From assembly GCA_017419325.1 (NCBI GenBank), contig JAFOLN010000173.1, positions 1 to 24,418 on the forward strand: 24,418 nucleotides of DNA, written 5' to 3'. A program made the position numbers and the translations under genes. The DNA comes from Clostridia bacterium (GTDB lineage Bacteria > Bacillota > Clostridia > Oscillospirales > RGIG577). Shown here one piece after another: positions 18,898 through 24,418 of the stretch (within the stretch, counting starts at the first letter, position 1; each line of letters starts with the position of its first letter). Under the pieces are notes generated by a model. It was not told where the DNA came from. It searched no databases and worked only from the letters and a program-made list of their open reading frames with translations.

Positions 18898-18994
18898 AGA
18901 GCCGCATAACTTCCTTCGTAAAACCATACATATTAAAAAGAACATCCGTGCGCACCCTGTATTTTGTGCGTTTCGCCAAAAAGATAAGCCGTTA

Positions 18995-19023
18995 TTGCAA
19001 AGCGCAGGGCTTAATGATATGCT
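18995..19023 (+). promoter_or_regulatory. sigmaA-type promoter TTGCAA-N17-TATGCT (extended -10) for pyrK-pyrD
   Basis: -35 at 18995-19000, TGa-TATGCT with -10 at 19018-19023. Confidence 0.6.
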
Positions 19024-19076
19024 TATTAAGGCAAAAAGCATAATTGGCTTTATTTGTGAAGGGAGTTATCCGTTTA

Positions 19077-19838
19077 ATGTCAAAAGCAACGTATAATGCA
19101 GAGATCGCCGCGAAGCGGTGGCATGCAGGAAACATCTACGAAATAATAATAGAATGCGAGCCCCTTGCGAGGGAATCGCAGGCGGGCCAGTTCCTGCAGG
19201 TGGCCTGCGGCGACGACACCTTTTTAAGGCGTCCCATAAGCATACATAATGTGGACGGCTCGCGCGTGAGCATGATATTTGAAGTAAAAGGACGCGGCAC
19301 CAGATATCTTTCGCAGCTTAAAACGGGCGACTGCATAAATGTGCTGGGCCCGCTGGGCAACGGCTTTGACACCGACATAGAGGGCGATGTGCTGCTTATC
19401 GGCGGGGGACTCGGAGTGTTCCCGCTCTATATGGTGGCAAAGGCGAAGGGCAAGTCCTGCGACGCGGTGCTGGGCTATAAGTCGGCACGCGACCTTGTAA
19501 GCCACGACAGATTCTCCGCCGTATGCCGCGAGGTGGTCATAACGACCGACGACGGCTCATACGGTATACAGGGCACGGCGGTTGCGGCGGCCCACAGCCT
19601 TGTTGTAAATCATCACTACAAGGCGATATGCGCCTGCGGCCCGCTTCCCATGCTCAAGGCGGTACACGCGCTTGCGTGCAAGTACAACATCCCGGCGTGG
19701 ATTTCACTTGAGGAGCGCATGGCCTGCGGCTTCGGCGTCTGCCTTGCCTGCGCCGTAAAGAGCGCCGACGACGATGTGGATTATCTCCACGTATGCAAGC
19801 ACGGCCCCGTTTTCAATTCCAAGGAGGTAATCCTGTGA
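19077..19838 (+). CDS. pyrK: Dihydroorotate dehydrogenase electron transfer subunit
   Basis: LRRPISI, LGPLGNGF, GGGLGVFP, CGPLPM and EERMACGFGVCLAC...C [2Fe-2S] motif; ATG 19077 behind GGAG. Confidence 0.93.
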   Translation: MSKATYNAEIAAKRWHAGNIYEIIIECEPLARESQAGQFLQVACGDDTFLRRPISIHNVDGSRVSMIFEVKGRGTRYLSQLKTGDCINVLGPLGNGFDTDIEGDVLLIGGGLGVFPLYMVAKAKGKSCDAVLGYKSARDLVSHDRFSAVCREVVITTDDGSYGIQGTAVAAAHSLVVNHHYKAICACGPLPMLKAVHALACKYNIPAWISLEERMACGFGVCLACAVKSADDDVDYLHVCKHGPVFNSKEVIL

Positions 19839-20752
19839 ATAAATTAAGTACAGCCGTAAATATAGCCGGAGTGGAGTTTAAGAACCCCATCGTCACGGCT
19901 TCTGGCACGTTCGGCTTCGGCCGCGAATTTTCGGAATTTTTCGATTTGTCCCAGCTGGGCGCCGTATCCGTGAAGGGTCTTACCTTAAAGCCCAAGGCGG
20001 GCAACCCGCCTCCGAGAGCCGCCGAAACGGCCTCGGGCATGCTCAATTCCGTGGGACTTCAGAACCCCGGCGTGGAGAGCTTCGTAAAAGACGAGCTGCC
20101 CTTCCTTCGCGGCTTCGACGTGAAGGTAATCGCCAACATGGCGGGCACCACGGTGGAGGAATACGAAGAGATGGCGCGCATCCTTTCCGACGCGGACGTA
20201 GACATGCTGGAGGTGAACATCTCATGCCCCAACGTAAAGGAGGGCGGCGTAGCCTTCGGAGTGGACGAAAAGGCGGTATATGAGGTGACGAGCCGCGTTA
20301 AGGCGGTATCGAAGAAGCCCGTTATCATAAAGCTTTCGCCCAACGTGACCGACATAAAGAAAATCGCAAAGGCGGCAGAGGACGGCGGCGCGGACGCGCT
20401 GTCCCTTATAAATACGCTCCTCGGCATGCGCATAGACATAAAGACGCGCAGACCCATACTTAAGAACAACACCGGCGGCCTTTCGGGCCCCGCGGTATTC
20501 CCCATAGCGGTGCGCATGGTTCACGACGTCTACGAGACGGTGAGCCTTCCCATAATCGGCATGGGCGGCGTTTCCCGCGGCGAGGACGCGGCGGAGCTCA
20601 TGATGGCGGGCGCGTCGGCGGTAGCCGTGGGCAGCGCGGCGCTTGTAAATCCGCTTGCGCCCATCGAGATAAAGCGCGGCCTTGAAAAGTTCATGGAGGA
20701 CAACGGCATAAAGGACGTGACTGAGCTTACGGGCTCGGCGAAAATGTGGTAA
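19835..20752 (+). CDS. pyrD: Dihydroorotate dehydrogenase class 1B catalytic subunit
   Basis: NPIVTASGTFG, NSVGLQNPG, EVNISCPNV (catalytic Cys), KLSPNV and GGLSGPA. GTG start overlaps the pyrK stop (GTGA), RBS AAGGAGG. Confidence 0.95.
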   Translation: MNKLSTAVNIAGVEFKNPIVTASGTFGFGREFSEFFDLSQLGAVSVKGLTLKPKAGNPPPRAAETASGMLNSVGLQNPGVESFVKDELPFLRGFDVKVIANMAGTTVEEYEEMARILSDADVDMLEVNISCPNVKEGGVAFGVDEKAVYEVTSRVKAVSKKPVIIKLSPNVTDIKKIAKAAEDGGADALSLINTLLGMRIDIKTRRPILKNNTGGLSGPAVFPIAVRMVHDVYETVSLPIIGMGGVSRGEDAAELMMAGASAVAVGSAALVNPLAPIEIKRGLEKFMEDNGIKDVTELTGSAKMW

Positions 20753-20764
20753 CGGGAGGCGCAT

Positions 20765-21385
20765 ATGACAAGGATATATCTTATACGCCACGCGGAGGCC
20801 TCCGGCAATACAGCGCAGAGGTTCCACGGCCATTTCGACAGCGACCTTACGCCGAAGGGACGGCTCCAGCTTGAGCGCCTCGGCGACCGCTTCAAGAATA
20901 TCGTGATAGACGCGGCCTACTCCTCCGACCTTAAAAGGGCATACGAAACGGCCAGAGCCGTGGTGGGGGACAGAGGCATTGATATAATCCGGGACAGGCA
21001 GCTAAGAGAGATAGACGGCGGCGAGTGGGAAGACCTTGAATGGAGCGAGATTTTCGAGAACAGGAAAGCGGAGTTTGAACGCTTCAATGCCGCGCCCGAC
21101 GTTGTAAACATTCCCGGCGGGGAGAACGCGACGGAGCTTCAGACGAGGATAAAGAACAGGATTTTCGATATTGTAAAGGCTCATCCCGGCGCGTCAGTAT
21201 GCGTAACGAGCCACGCCATAGCAATAAAGACCTTTCTTTGCTACGTCCACAACATCCCGATTCGCGACATGGGCTTTCGCGTGTGGTGCAAGAACACGGC
21301 GGTCACGGCAATGGACATATCCCCGGACGGCCGCGTAAAGCTGCTCAGGGAGAACGACGTGAGCCATCTTATAGGAATGGAATAA
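20765..21385 (+). CDS. Histidine phosphatase (phosphoglycerate-mutase-like) family protein
   Basis: YLIRHAEA, YSSDLKRAYETA, LREIDGGEWE, PGGE and VTSHA. Confidence 0.88.
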   Translation: MTRIYLIRHAEASGNTAQRFHGHFDSDLTPKGRLQLERLGDRFKNIVIDAAYSSDLKRAYETARAVVGDRGIDIIRDRQLREIDGGEWEDLEWSEIFENRKAEFERFNAAPDVVNIPGGENATELQTRIKNRIFDIVKAHPGASVCVTSHAIAIKTFLCYVHNIPIRDMGFRVWCKNTAVTAMDISPDGRVKLLRENDVSHLIGME

Positions 21386-21426
21386 AGTTTTTTTCGGACA
21401 GTTTGTACTTTTTATCGGAAAGCGAG

Positions 21427-21455
21427 TTGACGCTTTTCGATAGGTGTAGTAAAAT
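21427..21455 (+). promoter_or_regulatory. sigmaA promoter TTGACG-N17-TAAAAT
   Basis: Near-consensus elements about 50 nt upstream of the DUF1292-like gene. Confidence 0.7.
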
Positions 21456-21506
21456 ATGAGTGTAAACAGATGATGCTTCGGCCGTTTTTTTCGGGAGGTA
21501 TGAATA

Positions 21507-21821
21507 ATGAGCGACGATTACGGCAATGATTTTATTACGCTGATAGATGAAAACGGCGAAGAGGCCGAGTATGAGCATCTTGATACGCTGGATTTCAACG
21601 GCAGCACGTATTTCGCCATGGTGAAGGCCGACCTGGGCGAGGAGGACATACTGGCTCAGGAGGATCTGCTTCTTATACTGAAGCTGACCACGGACGAAAA
21701 CGGCGACGAGATACTTGCCACCATCGAGGACGACGAGGAGTACGGCGAGGTGCTGTCGCTGTTCGAGGAAAGTCTGGCCGATTATTATGAACTCGAAGAC
21801 CATTTCGAGATAGAGCATTAA
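21507..21821 (+). CDS. DUF1292-like small acidic protein
   Basis: ITLIDENGEEAEYEHLD...YFAM...LATIEDDEEY..V...FEE pattern typical of DUF1292; RBS GGAGG. Confidence 0.75.
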   Translation: MSDDYGNDFITLIDENGEEAEYEHLDTLDFNGSTYFAMVKADLGEEDILAQEDLLLILKLTTDENGDEILATIEDDEEYGEVLSLFEESLADYYELEDHFEIEH

Positions 21822-21830
21822 AACTTAATA

Positions 21831-22020
21831 AATCCCTGCCTGGCGCGTGATAGTCGTCATATTTTTGAACCTACACTTCAAAAATACGGGATTCCGGCTC
21901 TGTCGGTAAGATGTAGACCTCCCGCTTACGCGGACGAAGGGAACATGACGACCGCAGGAGGATACCCACCTGCAATTAGCAGGGTCAAAGAAATGATGAT
22001 TACACGGCGTGGCGGGGTAT
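21831..22020 (+). ncRNA. ssrS: 6S RNA
   Basis: ~190 nt rod: CCCTGCC/GGCGGGG, TAGTCGTCAT/ATGATGATTA and TTGAACC/GGGTCAA pair, with a central bubble. The Firmicute-type 3' motif ACCCACCTGC...GCAGGGTCAAA is present, and a terminator follows. Confidence 0.8.
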
Positions 22021-22028
22021 AATTTGAG

Positions 22029-22063
22029 AAAAAGCGATGAAGCGCAAGTTTCGTCGCTTTTTT
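22029..22063 (+). terminator. Terminator after 6S RNA
   Basis: AAAAAGCGATGAAG-CGCAAG-TTTCGTCGCTTTTTT. Confidence 0.8.
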
Positions 22064-22086
22064 GCGCCTTCGGGGCGGGGGATAAG

Positions 22087-22120
22087 AAAAAACAGCCCCG
22101 ACTTATGTCGGAGCTGCTTT
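22087..22120 (-). terminator. Terminator after rpsT
   Basis: AAAAAA-CAGCCCCGAC-TTAT-GTCGGAGCTG. Confidence 0.75.
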
Positions 22121-22133
22121 GATTCGCAATTAT

Positions 22134-22406
22134 TTACGCATTTGCGGTTGCGGCATTGACCTTGGCGGCCAGCTGAGACTTCTTTCTGGCAGCCGTGTTC
22201 TTGTGGAGAATGCCCTTCGTAACAGACTGGTCAATCTTCTTGACCGTTCCTCTGTAAGCTTCATGTATTGCATCAATGTTGCCCTCGGCAACAGTTGCAT
22301 CAAACTTCTTGAGCGTAGTCTTGAGATTAGATTTGAGGATCTGATTCTGGAGCGTCTTCTTTTTGGCAACTAAAACTCTCTTCTTGGCTGATTTAATATT
22401 CGGCAA
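22134..22406 (-). CDS. rpsT: 30S ribosomal protein S20
   Basis: (M)PNIKSAKKR...KGILHKNTAARKKSQL; TTG start at 22406 behind GGAGGTG. Confidence 0.97.
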   Translation of the reverse strand: MPNIKSAKKRVLVAKKKTLQNQILKSNLKTTLKKFDATVAEGNIDAIHEAYRGTVKKIDQSVTKGILHKNTAARKKSQLAAKVNAATANA

Positions 22407-22450
22407 AAAATCCACCTCCATTCTCTAAGTATCATTAATCAGTAATTGAT

Positions 22451-22479
22451 ATTGTATCAAAACACTTGCGAAAAATCAA
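22451..22479 (-). promoter_or_regulatory. sigmaA promoter TTGATT-N17-TACAAT (extended -10) for rpsT
   Basis: On the minus strand, -35 is at 22479-22474 and -10 at 22456-22451. Confidence 0.72.
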
Positions 22480-22626
22480 GAGAAATTTTCATATTATTAT
22501 GATTTTTTTAAGACCCGTCTTTGTGCAGAGGGACAAAGACCGTCCGGGGCATATTTTATCACAGAAAAGCTATATTTGTCCCGCGCTTTACAAAGAATAA
22601 TGAAAAAAAGCAAAGGAGCGTAATAT

Positions 22627-23487
22627 ATGGATACGGCGCGGACGGATCTGGCGCTTGAGGCGCACGAGTCACTTGCGGCAGCGGGGGAGGATATGGAGGG
22701 CGTGACATACAGTGAACAGCGGGGCGACGGCTATGACGTAAAGCGGGTCATAGTTCAAAACGGGCGGGGCGCTGAGCGCATCGGGAAGCCCGCGGGCACG
22801 TATGTGACCATAGAAGCGCCGGGACTCAGGCGCGACTCAGCGTCGCTTTACAGAAAGGTTTCGGGCGCGATAACGGGGGAGCTTTCAAAAATGCTCTCGC
22901 TTTCCCCGGGCGACGCCGTCATGGTGATAGGCCTCGGCAACCGCCGCATAACGCCCGACGCCCTTGGGCCGCGCACGGCGGACAAGGTGCTTGCGACGCG
23001 CCATCTCGTGACGGACGGGGAGCTTGGGGGCGCGTTCAGAAGCGTCTGTGTCCTTTCCTTGGGGGTGCTGGGGCTTACGGGCATTGACACCACGGAGCTT
23101 ACACGGGTGCTCACAGGGGCGATAAAGCCCGCTCTGGTGGTGGTTGTGGACGCGCTCGCGGCGCGCTCGGCGGGGAGGCTCGCCTCCACGTTCCAGCTTT
23201 CCGACACGGGCGTGGCTCCGGGGAGCGGCGTGGGCGGCACTGCGCGGGAGATATCCCGCGCCTCCCTTGGCGTAAGCGTCATATCAATAGGCGTACCCAC
23301 GGTCATGGACGCCTCGGCGGTGATGCGCGGCGATGACGGCGGTGAGAACGCCTCCGGGCTTTTCGTTACGCCCAACAATATAGACGTGCTTATAGAGGCG
23401 GCGTCATCGATGATCGCGCTGGGGCTTAACTGCGCGCTCCATCCCGCGCTGTCGCCCGATGAGATAGAGTCGCTTATGAGCAATTAG
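22627..23487 (+). CDS. gpr: Germination protease GPR (SASP-degrading endopeptidase)
   Basis: RTDLALEA, GKPAGTYVTIE, GLGNRRITPDALGP, VDALAARS and SIGVPTV; divergent from rpsT as in endospore formers. Confidence 0.9.
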   Translation: MDTARTDLALEAHESLAAAGEDMEGVTYSEQRGDGYDVKRVIVQNGRGAERIGKPAGTYVTIEAPGLRRDSASLYRKVSGAITGELSKMLSLSPGDAVMVIGLGNRRITPDALGPRTADKVLATRHLVTDGELGGAFRSVCVLSLGVLGLTGIDTTELTRVLTGAIKPALVVVVDALAARSAGRLASTFQLSDTGVAPGSGVGGTAREISRASLGVSVISIGVPTVMDASAVMRGDDGGENASGLFVTPNNIDVLIEAASSMIALGLNCALHPALSPDEIESLMSN

Positions 23488-23546
23488 GCGGCATTAAAAA
23501 AACATTCATATTTTATTCTTTAAATATTTATTTTTTCTCCAAGGTG

Positions 23547-23555
23547 TGCTATAAT
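23547..23555 (+). promoter_or_regulatory. Extended -10 promoter (TGcTATAAT) for mscL
   Basis: Perfect TATAAT at 23550-23555 preceded by TGn; the -35 is weak. Confidence 0.55.
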
Positions 23556-23584
23556 TTTAAAAAAAGTAAAGGAGAGAGGAAAAA

Positions 23585-24034
23585 TTGTTTAAAGAATTTA
23601 AAGAATTCATTATGCGCGGCAACGTAATGGATATGGCAGTCGGCGTTATGGTCGGCGCGGCATTCCAGAAGATCGTTACCTCGTTGGTGGAAGATATCAT
23701 AACCCCGCTTCTCAGCCCCATCACGGGCGGCATCTCGTTTGCAGATCTCGGCGTAGTTATAAGTCCTGCCGTTATGGACGGCGAAGAGGTGATAAAGCCC
23801 GAGGTCGTTTTCGGCTACGGTGCTTTCATCCAGTCGATTATCGACTTTATCCTCGTGGCGCTGTGTATTTTCCTTATCGTCAAGGCTATCAACAAGTTAA
23901 GGAACCGCGTGGACGGCGAAAAGCGCGCCGCGGAGGAAGCAGCAGCAAAGGCTGCCGCGGAAGCGGAGGCTGCAAAGCTTACCCGCGATCAGGAGCTCCT
24001 CACCGAGATTCGCGACCTCTTAAAGAAGCAGTAA
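23585..24034 (+). CDS. mscL: Large-conductance mechanosensitive channel
   Basis: FKEFKEFIMRGNVMDMAVGV, YGAFIQSIIDF and LLTEIRDLLK; TTG start behind GGAGAGG. Confidence 0.96.
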   Translation: MFKEFKEFIMRGNVMDMAVGVMVGAAFQKIVTSLVEDIITPLLSPITGGISFADLGVVISPAVMDGEEVIKPEVVFGYGAFIQSIIDFILVALCIFLIVKAINKLRNRVDGEKRAAEEAAAKAAAEAEAAKLTRDQELLTEIRDLLKKQ

Positions 24035-24050
24035 CAAAGCTTTATATGCT

Positions 24051-24088
24051 AAAAAAAGCGCACGAAGGCATGCTTTCGTGCGCTTTTT
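24051..24088. terminator. Bidirectional terminator after mscL
   Basis: AAAAAAAGCGCACGAA...TTCGTGCGCTTTTT. Confidence 0.85.
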
Positions 24089-24213
24089 GTCTGAATTTTG
24101 GGATTTGCTTCATAATGGCGGGGTCAAAAGAACTTTGCCGCCGACAGCATAGGGACTGTGACGGAAAATGAAATCCCCCGGATGTGCCGGGGGATGATTG
24201 AGGTTTTACGGAT

Positions 24214-24418
24214 TTATTTTATGGGTATGCTGTCGCATTTAGGCATGGCGCCATCTCCCAGCCAGAAGAGTCTTGAGCTGTCTGTACCCGAAATGTCGGC
24301 CGTGCCGGGCTTTGTCAATTGAGTCACTTTGGTCATCCTGCCGTTCTTGTCGTAGGCGGCCACCCAGATGGGAGCGTCGGGGGACACATCCCCTGACACC
24401 GCCACGGTCCCGTCGGAA
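24214..24418 (-). CDS. C-terminal end of a probable secreted/cell-surface protein (5'-truncated by window edge)
   Basis: The frame is open to the window edge: SDGTVAVSG...IWVAAYDKNGRM...RLFWLGDGAMPKCDSIPIK*. The AAYDxxGR...F.W...M.P pattern resembles the terminal beta-domain of clostridial surface proteins (recalled, not searched). Confidence 0.5.
   Translation of the reverse strand, partial: SDGTVAVSGDVSPDAPIWVAAYDKNGRMTKVTQLTKPGTADISGTDSSRLFWLGDGAMPKCDSIPIK

Noticed and set aside
21369-21818. 149-aa minus-strand hydrophobic ORF
   Set aside because: It is antisense to the acidic DUF1292-like gene; the hydrophobicity mirrors GAN codons on the other strand.
24087-24198. TTGTCT-N18-CATAAT followed by hairpins GGCGG..CCGCC and ATCCCCCGG/CCGGGGGAT as a second sRNA
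   Set aside because: The predicted start would fall inside the first stem, the -35 overlaps the mscL terminator, and the last stem is adequately explained as the terminator of the minus-strand gene.

Overview
Core chromosome of a GC-rich, spore-forming Clostridia-type Firmicute (inferred from gpr, the rnfCDGEAB order, PyrR attenuation and a DUF1292-like gene). Contents, left to right: the end of a thiamine operon (thiS partial, thiF, thiG, thiH, tenI-like); a gene-free promoter-hairpin-terminator unit (candidate sRNA); a GNAT plus enoyl-CoA hydratase operon (minus strand); a PyrR-attenuated pyrR-pyrC-pyrF-carA-carB operon; rnfCDGEAB and an HtrA-like protease (both minus); pyrK-pyrD plus a histidine phosphatase; a DUF1292-like gene followed by 6S RNA; rpsT and gpr (divergent); mscL; and the 3' end of a probable surface protein. 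I saw no mobile elements, CRISPR arrays, rRNA or tRNA. The strongest observation is carA: it is intact, full length and well positioned, yet every glutaminase catalytic or substrate residue I can align is substituted (Cys>Asp, His>Tyr, Glu>Asp, altered oxyanion loop). This suggests an ammonia-using carbamoyl-phosphate synthetase with a pseudo-enzyme small subunit. Secondary leads are the orphan ~80-nt RNA at 3355-3437, a consensus sigmaF-type promoter on the HtrA-like gene, and the rnf-htrA block lying between carB and pyrK. All family assignments come from recalled motifs; no database searches were run.
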